From positions 8,432,001 through 8,496,000 of the forward strand of contig JBHGNT010000002.1 in the NCBI GenBank assembly GCA_043228905.1: a stretch of DNA of 64,000 nucleotides, in the 5' to 3' direction. The notes under the pieces were generated by a model. The model made no database searches. It had not been told where the DNA came from and worked only from the letters and a program-made list of their open reading frames with translations. Shown one piece after another: positions 48,581-59,686 of this stretch (position 1 is the stretch's first letter; the number at the start of each line of letters is the position of its first letter). This stretch comes from Azolla caroliniana. Taxonomy: Eukaryota; Plantae; Polypodiophyta. Made by a program: the position numbers and the translations under genes.

Positions 48581-48867
48581 TGATAAGAAAGATATTTATT
48601 ATATGATGAGAATATACAACGGTGGCTAAAAGGCTTAAGACTGGCGTTGAACCAATTTGGTTCAACATAATGCCTAGTGCCCTCTTTTATAGTGTTTTCA
48701 GGAGTAATCCTGAAGCTTCTAGAATGTTCCAGAGAAATATGGAATATACACTAATTTCCTATAATAAAATGTAAATGAAAATAATATCCTACGTATTACA
48801 ATAGATGGTCTAATGGTCAAGAGCTCGACCCATATAACCTAAGGTCATGGGTTCGAGTCTTGCCATA

Positions 48868-51800
48868 TCATGACACTATCCCCCCTTTAAAACGACTAGT
48901 GTCACGAGTCGTCTTGGATTGAGGACCCGGTTTGTGTGGATATTGACGATGGAAGTCTTCAAGAAGAGCACGAGCATTGGTTACATTCTCGATCGGTTCC
49001 CAAGTACGTTCGCTGGGACTATAGCCTAGCCAATCGACTAGATAGTAGAGCTTGTTGCGAACAATCTTGGAATCAAGAATGGCGGCAACCTCGTACTCCG
49101 GCCCATCTTCAAGCTCGATCGGGGGTGGAGGTTGGATAAGACGTTCTGGGATGGTGCTCTCGTGGTAGGGTTCGAAGAGAGAACTATGAAACACCGGATG
49201 TATCCGAAGTTGAGGAGGTAGATCGAGACGAAAAGCAACATCATTAATCTTTCCAATAATACGGAAAGGACCTAATCGCCGATAATCCAACTTCTCACAT
49301 GGGCGAGTAGTCTTGATGTGTCGTCATAGCAACCACACCCGATCTCCAATATTAAAACTAGATGGAAGTCGATGACGATCCGCGTAGACCTTGTGTGTTT
49401 GTTGAGCTTGCTGGAGATGAGTAGATAAATCCGCTTGTATCTTGCGTAACCGCTCCAAACGATCCTCCGCGCACGGATTTGTGGACACCTCTGGGGTTTC
49501 AAGTACACTCCACTAGGGGTGACATCCCGTATAAGCATAAAATGGCGTAACTTTAGTGGATGCGTGGATAGAGTTGTTATAGGCAAATTCGGCGAAGTGG
49601 AGAATATCTGCCCAGTCGTCCTGATGATAGCTGAGAAAGCACCGCAGATACTGCTCCAACGTTTGATTTGTTCGTTCAGCTTGGCCGTCAGTTTGTGGGT
49701 GGTAGCCGGAAGAGAGGTTACAAGTAACCTTGAGCATGTTAAAAAGGTGCTTCCAGAATTTTGACACGAACTGGGGTCCACGGTCGCTGATGATACTATC
49801 GGGGAGTCCATGATGCCGACATACTTCACGCATGACAATTTCGGCAATGTCTTCACTGGAGATCTCCTTAGTACATGGCAAGAAATGAGCCATCTTCGTA
49901 TATCGATCGACCACCGTTAGAATCGCATTGAACCCCTTAGAGACTGGAAGATCTTTGATGAAGTCTAGAGCAATGGATTGCCACGGCTTGCTTGGAATTG
50001 ATAATGGTTCTAATAAACCATAAGGATGATGCCTTGGCATTTTCGCTCTGCAACATGTATCACAAGTCCGAACAAAATCCTCGACAAATTGTCGCATACA
50101 GGGCCACCAGAATGATCGTTGTACTAAATGTAATGTTTTAGTACTACCAAAATGCCCAGCTGTATATGTGTCATGACAGTTTTGTACTACTCGAAGGCGG
50201 CAAGAACCATTAGGAACATACAAAAGTTCTTTAAAGAAGAGTAATCCATCATGGTATTTGAATTGCCGATAGTCCGTACCTGGTGGTTGCGACTGTGAAC
50301 ACGACGCTCGAGAGGGATCAATTTGTGCTAGTATAGCTTGGGCGAACGCATCTGTCCTCAAGTCTTCACGTATGGTATCGATAACGCGGGAATCCATAGG
50401 CATGTCAAAGATTTGTGTTGCTTGTAATCGTGCTGGTCCCAAGATGACTTGTTTTTGGTTATCGAAAGCTGGCTCGCCGGGACGGGGTGCTAGATACGAA
50501 CGCCGTGATAATGCATCTGCCTTCCCTTGGTGCCTCCCCGGACGATATGTAATTTTGAAGTCGAAACGCGTGAGGAAGTGGGCCCACCGAGCTTGACGTC
50601 GATTCAACACACGAGCATCCTGAAAGTAGGCAAGATTCTTGTGGTCACTAAATACGGTGACTGGATGAGAGGATCCCTCCAGAAAATGCCTCCATTGCAT
50701 AAAAGAATCCACTATTGCCAATAGCTCCTTATCATGGATTTCGTAGTTGATTTCGGCGGCATCAAACTTGCGTGAGTGAAAAGCCACAGGATGTAGCTTT
50801 TCATCATTCCCCTGTTGTGACAGAATGCTCCCCAATGCAAAATCGGATGCGTCCGCTTCGATAATGAATGGTTTCTCCGGATCGACATGAGCTAGAATTG
50901 GAGCCGATGTAAATGCTTTTTTAAGACTCTTGAAATCCATGTCCGTTTCTTCAGACCAGATGAACGGTTGTCCCTTCCTGGTAAGTTGTGTGAGAGGTAG
51001 AACGATCTTTGAGTAATCCTGTATGAACTTCCGGTAAAAATTGGCAAAGCCTAAGAAGCATTGCACATCTCGTACTGAACGCGGAGTCTGCCATTCTACC
51101 ACCGTTTTGACCTTAGCTGGGTCCATGGAGATGCCTTCTGACGAAATGATGTAGCCGAGAAATTCCACTTGGTTGCACCCGAAACTACATTTTTCTAGCT
51201 TTGCATACAGACCATGTTCTCGAAGTCGTTTTAGTACTAATAGTACATGAGAATCATGTTCTTCTTGGGTCTTTGAATAAACCAGTAGATCATCCAAATA
51301 GATGATCAAACAATCATCCAATAGATCTCGGAATATATCATTAGCCATGTGCTGGAAGACTGCCGGCGCATTAGTGAGGCCGAACGGCATGACAGTATAC
51401 CTGAAGTGCCCATATCTGGTGCGAAACGCGGTCTTCCATTCGTCTCCTGGTCGGATCCGTACGAGGTTATATGCTCCCCGTAAGTCAATCTTCGTGAAGA
51501 ACCTGGCACCATTGATCCGTTCTAAAAGACTTGAGATAAGGGGAAGAGCATACCTATTCCTGATTGTAACCTTATTCAAGCCACGGTAATCTACAACGAG
51601 ACGAAGTGATCCATCTTTTTTCTTGACGAAGAAAATGGGCGCACCGGCTGGAGATTTCGAATGCCGAATGAAACCATTTTCCAAATTCTCCTCTATATAG
51701 GCCCGAAGGACTTCCAGCTCGGTTGGTGACAAATTGTAGATCGGTCCCCATGGCGGCTCTTTTCCCGGTTGTAAATCGATGGGGCAATCGTACGGTCGAT

Positions 51801-52464
51801 GATGAGGAAGTGTGTTGGCTTGTACTTTATCGAACACATCGGTGTAATGGCGATACTTCTCGGGAAGTTGAACGGTGGATTCTTCTTTAGTGGTGTTGGA
51901 GGGGTTTACTGATATTGCAAAGAGGAACATTTCCTCCTTGTGCCCTTCTTTACGCAACTGACGTAGCGAAATGGTTGCCATCTTCTGAGTTGACCCTTGG
52001 GTTTGTCGACACCGGATTTCTCTTGTTCTCCAATCTATGTCAGGGTTATGTAACTCGAACCACGGTAGTCCTAAAACTATAGGATGTTCTGGGATACTAA
52101 TAATATTAAATGATACTACACATACTAAGTTATCTAGGACAATGTTAATGGGCTCTGACTCTTCTAGGATATTTCCGGAAGCAATGGGACGTCCATCAAT
52201 GACTACTACAGAGGCTGGACACTGGAGTTTTCTTAGGGATATCTTATGAGCTTGAGCAAATTTCTTATCCATAAAGCAAGAGTTAGCTCCGGAATCTAGG
52301 AGTGCTAGGACATGTACTGGAGGGGTACTTTTAGTACTAACTATTACTTGGGCTACGAACACATCACTAACTTGCTTAGAGGGAATGGAACCACTAATGG
52401 GCTGCACAGATCTAGGGCTGTCCAACCAAACGGCTCCTATTTTGGCTGGACTTAGTCGTTTAAC
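48868..52464 (-). pseudogene. Chromovirus pol (protease, RT, RNase H, integrase, chromodomain) with two late premature stops
   Basis: LLDSGAN, YLDD, EADASDFALG, HPQTDGQAE, GPF; chromodomain YEVAAILDSK...YLVDWLGY...TWEP; stops at ~49513 and ~49324. Confidence 0.92.
52420..52464 (-). promoter_or_regulatory. Putative -1 ribosomal frameshift signal
   Basis: G_UUA_AAC (52464-52458), a 6-nt spacer, then an 11-bp stem GUCCAGCCAAA/UUUGGUUGGAC; pol is in the -1 frame. Confidence 0.8.
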
Positions 52465-53603
52465 TCTTCTTCTAACTGACTAAGGACATCAAATTTGTTT
52501 GCTAGATCTGGGATATTAGTACTATTAGGACTATCAGATATCCCTACTGAAATAGGCTCGGATTTAGTACAATTAGAACTAGCGACTATTTGGTTTACCT
52601 GTCTTCTTGGCCTATGGGGGCAATTTATTGCGATATGTCCTGGTCCACCGCAATAAAGACATAGTCGATTTGTACGGCGTCACTGCTTTTCTTCTTCGGA
52701 TAATGGCCCTCGACGACGTGTAGTGTCAATCTCCATCGGAGTCGGAGTATTCGCTGGAGACGCATTATATGACTCCCTTGGAAGAGGTCTTGCTACCACT
52801 GAGGCGTAGGTGGGCTCTGATCTTGCCCACGGCATCTGTAGCTGTCGTTCCGAACGTCGCTCAAAGAGGCGGTTGTCACATCTCACCGCGCGACTGATTG
52901 CTTCTGTTAAGGACTTTGGCTCTTCGGGGAAGGTCAAGAGTAAATCCTTGACGTCGTTGCGTAAACCATAACGGAATTGCTCCATCAACGCTTGATCATC
53001 CCAAGGGATATCGGCGGCGAGTAGGCGAAAATCTGCAGGGTATGCGGAGGCTGGACGGTCACCTTGGCGTAATCGCCGGATTTTGTTGATTGCGGTCCTG
53101 ATGCTGTCAGTATCTCCGAAACATGCTTTAAACTCACCTAGAAACTCTTCAAAATTGTTGAGTAACGGAGATTCCTTTTCTAGTAGTGGAGCGAACCATG
53201 ACAACGCTGAGCCACTTAACAAAGTGCCTACTAAACCCACTCGTGATGCATCGGTGGGATATCGGGAAGGATGCATTTGAATAACTAATCGTACCTGGTT
53301 AAGGAACCCTCTAAACTGCGATCGCGTTCCATCGAACTTTGTGGGAAGGCCAATCTTAGGTTCTTTATGAATCCCTTGTGTTCCGGGCCCATGTTGTTGC
53401 ATCGCAACGATGGTGGCTTCGAGTTGTTGCACGTGTAACGCAAGTTCCCCATGTTGTTGTTGCGTTTGCTACTTTTCTAAGGAGATTTGCTGAAGATCCC
53501 CCAGCAACCGTTGGTTTTCTTGTTCCAAAGCATGGAACTTCTCCTTCAAGCATTGGAATTCCGAGAAAACAGATTGATATTCTTCAGCGCTAACAGTGGC
53601 CAT
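52452..53603 (-). pseudogene. Chromovirus gag with two premature stops
   Basis: ATG at 53603; PTKFDGTRSQFRGF, PMEID, CLYCGGPGHIAINC; stops at ~53470 (likely CAG>TAG) and 52680 (likely CGA>TGA); natural TAA at 52452-52454. Confidence 0.88.
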
Positions 53604-53662
53604 GGGATGAAAGAAAAGAGGAATAAAAGATTAGTAGGAAATGAGAGAGACAGAAGGTAGGA

Positions 53663-53676
53663 AAATTGGTTCAAAC
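53663..53676 (-). promoter_or_regulatory. Self-priming-type primer binding site
   Basis: gt-TTGAACCAATTT is complementary to AAATTGGTTCAA located 33 nt downstream of the LTR TATA box; no TGG start as in tRNA-type PBSs. Confidence 0.8.
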
Positions 53677-53780
53677 TGTCATGAACAGTACTGAGACAGA
53701 GAAAGAATTAGTACTAAACGAAGGATTAGTACTATGAGAGGTGTGGAACTTCTTCGAGAGAAGGAAGAAGTGAGCGAGAC

Positions 53781-53853
<73 letters not shown>

Positions 53854-53992
53854 AGAGAGTGATGATAAGAAAGATATTTATTATATGATGAGAATATACA
53901 ACGGTGGCTAAAAGGCTTAAGACTGGCGTTGAACCAATTTGGTTCAACATAATGCCTAGTGCCCTCTTTTATAGTGTTTTCAGGAGTAATCC

Positions 53993-54012
53993 TGAAGCTT
54001 CTAGAATGTTCC
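53993..54012. promoter_or_regulatory. Four-unit perfect heat-shock element (second copy 48711-48730)
   Basis: tGAAg cTTCt aGAAt gTTCc, 20 bp upstream of the minus-strand TATA box at 53973. Confidence 0.75.
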
Positions 54013-54087
54013 AGAGAAATCTGGAATATACACTAATTTCCTATAATAAAATGTAAATGAAAATAATATCCTACGTATTACAATAGA

Positions 54088-54147
54088 TGGTCTAATGGTC
54101 AAGAGCTCGACCCATATAACCTAAGGTCATGGGTTCGAGTCTTGCCA
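54088..54147 (+). promoter_or_regulatory. tRNA-like Pol III A/B-box module, antisense in the LTR (second copy 48806-48865)
   Basis: A box tggtctaatgg and B box ggttcgagtc at tRNA-like spacing. Confidence 0.7.
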
Positions 54148-57100
54148 TATCATGACAGGTATCAGAGCGCGAGGGTTGAGAACCTCTACAACCGACATAG
54201 CTTGAAAAGAAAACTAACCAAGAAGAACAGAAAAAATAAAAATGGATAGAGGCATGGCTAGCTCGCTTCCTACCGAGAAGCTCGACAGAAACAACTACAC
54301 GTCTTGGTCCTCCAAGATGCACCAGTACCTGCTCGGGCATAGTTACTGGAGCCATGTCGACGGAGCAAATGACACAGCACCCGAATCGACACACAGAGAT
54401 TTCTTGGCGTGGGAACAATCGGCGAGCAAAGTACTGTATTGCTTTGCATCTTGTTTGGGCGAATAGCTCCTGAGCTATATTCGGGATGCGAAAACGCCAA
54501 AGGATGCTTGGGGAAATATGAAGAAGATCTTCGCCGCAAGCACCACAGCCAGGAAGCTTCACCTCCGACAAGAGCTGAGCAATTTACAACAACGCGACTT
54601 GTTGGTGGCTGATTAGACCTCGAAGATCAAAAAGATATACGACTCCTTAGCCTCTATCGATGTGAACGTCGAGGAAGGCGAGATGGTACAAATCTGTCTT
54701 GGGGGACTGACGTTGAAGTTCAAAGCGTTCCAAACTGCTATGTGTACATGGGAGAATACGTTGTCGTTTTTCGACTTACAGTCGATGCTCCTTATAGAGG
54801 AGAACCATGTGGGTGCGTCGACGAGCACGCATGCCGATAGCAAGATGTTGTACACGGAGGGAGATAGGCCCCGTGGTCGTGGCGGACGAGGCGAGTCGGT
54901 GCGCAATGGAGGCGGCCGACGGGATCAAGGAAGAAGGCACTGAAGTTATGCCGACAACAATTCTGGACCCTCCGAAAACAGGGGGAATTGAGGCGACGAG
55001 AACCGGCAAGGGAAATCTGTCGCAGAATGCTAGTACTGTGGCAAAAAGGCTACAAGGAGAGCGAGTGCTGGAAGAAGCGCGCCGATTTGGAGAGGACCAG
55101 ATCCGGATCAGGTTCCAGACAGACCGACAAATGAAATCGGCAGCGATCACACAACGCCGAAGGATCTGGAAAAAGGGCCAGTCTTCGTGACAAGACACGA
55201 AGCAAACTCGAGGAAGAAGTTCACCCCAAAGTCGGATGAGGTGTGGTACGTCGACTTCGGCGTGTCAAATCACATGACGTGCCACAAGGACTGGTTCTCG
55301 TACCTGGAAAAACCGATGCAACCAGGAGTAGTCGCAACCGGAGACGACACTCCGCATCCGATCGCGAATGTCGGTGAAGTTCCCTTGAGCCATGTTGATC
55401 AGAAAGGGAAACTTATGAATGTGTTACACGTCCCGACAATCATGAAGAATTTGGTGTCGGTCGGGCAGATCATTGACCATGGGATGCAAGTCCGGTTCAC
55501 GCATCTTGGGTGCTTCATCGAGGAAGAAGGCTGAGTTATTGCGCAAGGGCACAAAGACGGGAGGATGTTTACCCTTGACTCTAGTGACGGTGGCACCGCA
55601 ATGTTCACGAAAGGACAAAAAGTCGAGTCGGATATTACTTATGGCACAAGCGGATAGGCCACGTCAACTATTAACGGCTTCAGGACCTGCAATCGAAACA
55701 GGTGGTGTTTGGATTCCCCAAATTTAGTGGCCAGAAGGTGCAAATTTGTGAAGCCTACGAGCTAGGGAAGCAACACCGAATTCCTTTCCCTAACGAGCAT
55801 AACCGGAGCCGGAACAAGCTCGACTTGATACATTCCGATGTATGGGGGCCAGCACAGAACGTTAGTCTTGGCAGGAGTCAATATTTTGTCTCCTTCATCG
55901 ACGACTATACACGGCACACGTGGATCTACCTCATCGAGAAGAAGAGTGAAGTCTTCGACTGTTTTCGGGACCTCAAAGGGTTCGTGGAAACGGAAACAGG
56001 ACGAAAGATCAAGTGCTTGTGGTCGGATGGCGGAAAAGAATACATTTCCAGTCAATTCAACTGTTATCTACAACAGATGGGAATTTGGCGCGAATTCAGT
56101 TGTAGATACACGCCGGAGCAAAACAGTGTGGCCAAGAGGAAGAACCGGTCAATTCTAGAAGCGGCACGGGCAATGCTGGAGGAGAAGAGCTTGCCCAAGT
56201 TCTATTGGGCTGAGGCGGTACGAACGGCGGTGTAAATTCAGAATCAGATCGGAGAAAAATTGTCGGCACATGAGTTGTATTTCGGAAGGAAGCCGAATCT
56301 ATGACACTTGAGAGTTTTCTGTAGCATTGCGTATGTGCATGTGCCGAAGGAGAAACGGAGGAAGTTGGACGCGAAAGCTGAAAAGTGTATCTTGGTCGGC
56401 TATTCAGACGAGAAGAAGGGTTATAAGTGTTATAACCCTCGCACCAAACAAGCACGCGTGAGCCGTGACGTTGTGTTTGACGAGTCCACGTCCTGGTACT
56501 TGCCTCTAACTCCGGACCTCACCTCCAATCCGAGTTTCGACAATGAGGTCAGCGAGGCCGAGATGCCTCTGGATGAACCTGAAATCGGAGCATGCGGAGA
56601 GAGTCTGATTTCATTTCGGTTAAGCGGACCGAATGGATGACTGAGTTGGTTTGACCAGTCCGATGAAGAGCTAGCGAGTAGTGGAGACTCGGCCATGCAT
56701 TCCCCATGCAGGAAGCCGAGGAGACAGCTTACGCACAAGGAAAAAGGGAAGAAGAAAGTGTATGATTACGGCACAGATAGGAACGAGTCGGATAGACGCG
56801 AGTTTGACTCCGAGGGAAGTGATGACGGGTCTTCGAGAGTGAGGTCCGCATCGGCTAAGATAGCCTCAACATCGGCTAATGAGGAATTACACTGATCTAC
56901 TTGCTAGAAGAACCCTGTTGTGCGGTTCAGTTACAACGAGTACATGGTGCATCACTATGTGTACATATTGCGTGTAGCGGAAGTGCATGAGCTGGAGAGC
57001 TACGCAGAAGCGGCGAAGGATGCGAATTGGCACGCCGCAATGGAGGAAGAGGTGTGCGCATTGGCGGAGAATGAAACTTGGGACCTAGTTGACGCACTGA

Positions 57101-59464
57101 AAGGTGTCAAGCCGATTGGATGTAGGTGGGTGTACAAGGTCAAGTACAACATTGACGGCTCGGTCAACCGATACAAGGCCCGGTTAGTAGCGAAAGGCTA
57201 CGCGCAGAAACACGGCATCGACTATGATGAGACGTTTGCGCCGGTCACGAAGATGACGACCGTCCGTGTTTTGCTTGCGGTAGATGCAGCAAAAGGGTGG
57301 CACTTACATCAGACGGATGTAAAGAACGCGTTCATACAAGGTGAGCTTGAGGAAGAGGTGTACATGGTACATCCCCTCAGATTTTAGTCTGGAACGAACA
57401 CTTCGGTAGTGTGCCGATTGAAGAAGTCCCTTTACAGATTAAAGCAAGCTCTGCGTGCCTGGAACGCGAAGATCGTGCATACGATCAACTAATGCAAATA
57501 CAATCGGCTCAATACAGTTACAACCCCAACCACTGTCCCAAGACGATCATCATGAGGATTGGAATTGGTCAGTCTGATTTCGGGACGACGATTCACTATG
57601 ATAGGATAATCGTTACCAGTCAGATCACGCAACGATTGCGTCGGTTGGGCTTTGTGACGTCAAAATCGAACTCCTCCCTGTTTATCTGGAAAGGTTGACT
57701 CGGGCCGGTTAGCATTTTACTTTATGTTGATGACTTGGTCATCACTGACGCCGACCTAGGTGAGATTGACCGCGTGAAGCTCCAGCTTGCGGCATCATTT
57801 GACATGAAGGATCTGGGGGACCTTCATTACTTCCTTGGGATCGAAGTGATCCGCACCCCCAAGGGCATATTGATTAGCCAACGACATTACGTGCTGAGTA
57901 TGCTCTTCAAATTTAGGATGGCCGATTGTAAGTCCGTCTCGACTCCTCTAGATAGAACCGTCAAGAAAGGTATGCGACCCGATGAGGTTCCGACAGATAG
58001 TCGGAAGCCTTATATACTTGACCATCACCTGACCAGATCTCAACTACCCGGTTAGGGTGGTAAGTCAGTTCATGGCGTGACCAACCGAGAAGCACCTTCA
58101 GTGCGCACAAAGCGTACTCCGGTACGTCAGTGGCACTAAGGACCGGGGGCTACTATATCGGACCGATACTACCGCGCAGTTGGTCGGTTACACCAATGTT
58201 GATTGGGCCGGAAGCGCCGGCGATCGCCGATCCATGTCCGGTTTCACGTTCTCTCTCGGGAGTGCCGCGATCATGTGGAGTAGCAAGAAGCAGCCGACGG
58301 TTGCGTTGTCAAGCACCAACGTCGAGTATAGAGGAGTGGTTGTCGCGACATGCAAAACCATATGGTTGAAGCGACTACTTAAGGATCTGCAAGTGGAGGT
58401 ATCCGATCCAACGACAATCTACTGCGACAACCTCAGCAGCATCTAGCTAGCTAAGAACCCCGTCTTCCACACCTAGACTAAGCACATTGAGGTGCACTAC
58501 CATTTCGTCCGTGAGCGTGTCCTCTCCGGTGAAGTCGAACTGCAGTATGTTCCGATGGATCGACAGAACGTCGACATCTTCACCAAGCCTCTTGGTCTTG
58601 ACAAGTTGCGGCAATTCTCGGGTGCACTTGGGTTGCGTCACCTCGACGTGCCGAACTTGAGGGGGAGAAATGCCCCGGATGACCATGGAAGGGAGCAGGA
58701 AAGGAGCGGAAAAGACCGTGACACCGAGTCGGATGACGAATTCGATGTAGGATCGGCTGTAGAAGCCGAGGGTGGATCCGCGCAAGAGTCCGAAAGCGGA
58801 CATAAGGGGAGCAGTCGAAAGAAAGAACCGAAGCCATCAATGGCGAGAAGATCGAAGATGAGTTGGAGACAGCCAACTCGAATGAGAGCGAAAACCGATC
58901 AAAGGAAGTCGAGTCGGTTCGGATGTTTGATTCGGATACGCTGAATCAACCAAGGGCCAAGCGGAAGAGAAGGCAGCAAAAGAGGCGCCAACACCACAAC
59001 AACAAGGAAGCTGAGAAGGGCCGTGTAAGCAAACAAGTGGACCAGAAGGGTCGAGGCGCGCGGAATCGAATGGGTCGAGAAGCGCGAGCGAGGCGCAAAG
59101 CCAGAAGGAACTAGAGCATAGATCCGGCGGATCAGGTGGAACCTGAAGTTGAGCTTGAGGGGGAGTGTTGAGAGGCAAGCTCAATATTCGTGCGTAATAC
59201 GATGCGTAACCCAATGCGTAGACTGGGTACGTAAATCGGTACGCATAACATGGCCGTATCGGTGCGTAAACCGAAGAGGCCGTTAGAGCGTTATTCCTCG
59301 TAAGGGAATAATTTTGGGAGTTTGTGTAGTAGGCTCATTTATGAGCGGTCAAGGATTGAAAGTTTTTGTGTCAGCCCTATTGTCAGGGCTGGTATAAAAG
59401 GTTCTCATTGAGCACGGTGTATGTACAGATTGAGTATTATTTTGAATTGAGTTTTTCTGTGTGT

Positions 59465-59496
<32 letters not shown>

Positions 59497-59686
59497 CCGC
59501 GTACTGTGCATATTCAAGTTCTCCATTAAACCTACGTATTTTCGGTGTTCGGTTTTCTATTGCTTCTGCACATAATCGTTTACAGTAATGAAAGATGCAA
59601 ATCAGAAACTGAGAAGATCAGATAGAGAGAAAAAGATTATTTAAAGATTTGGTTATGATATAGACATGGCTATGCATTAGGCATAT

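Larger units (their letters stand above)
48432..54157 (-). mobile_element. Full-length Ty3/Gypsy chromovirus (Tcn1/Tf1-like)
   Basis: LTRs 48432-48875 and 53677-54157 (TGTCA..TGACA; 1 substitution plus a GA-repeat length difference); TSD GGTAT; PPT 48876-48889; gag, PR, RT, RNase H, integrase and chromodomain present. Confidence 0.97.
47607..59584 (+). mobile_element. GC-rich Copia (LTRs 48015-48425, 59166-59584) with an extra 408-bp copy of its 3' internal region upstream of the 5' LTR
   Basis: 47607-48014 matches 58758-59165 with 1 mismatch; PBS split by the chromovirus; gag-pol ~54242-58700 with many stops. Confidence 0.92.

Noticed and set aside
48806-48865. Functional tRNA gene
   Set aside because: A and B boxes are present, but the anticodon and acceptor stems do not pair; treated as a tRNA-derived module.
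58700-59120. env-like extra gene after RNase H
   Set aside because: Charged, basic low-complexity sequence with no transmembrane segment; more likely a frameshifted pol tail.
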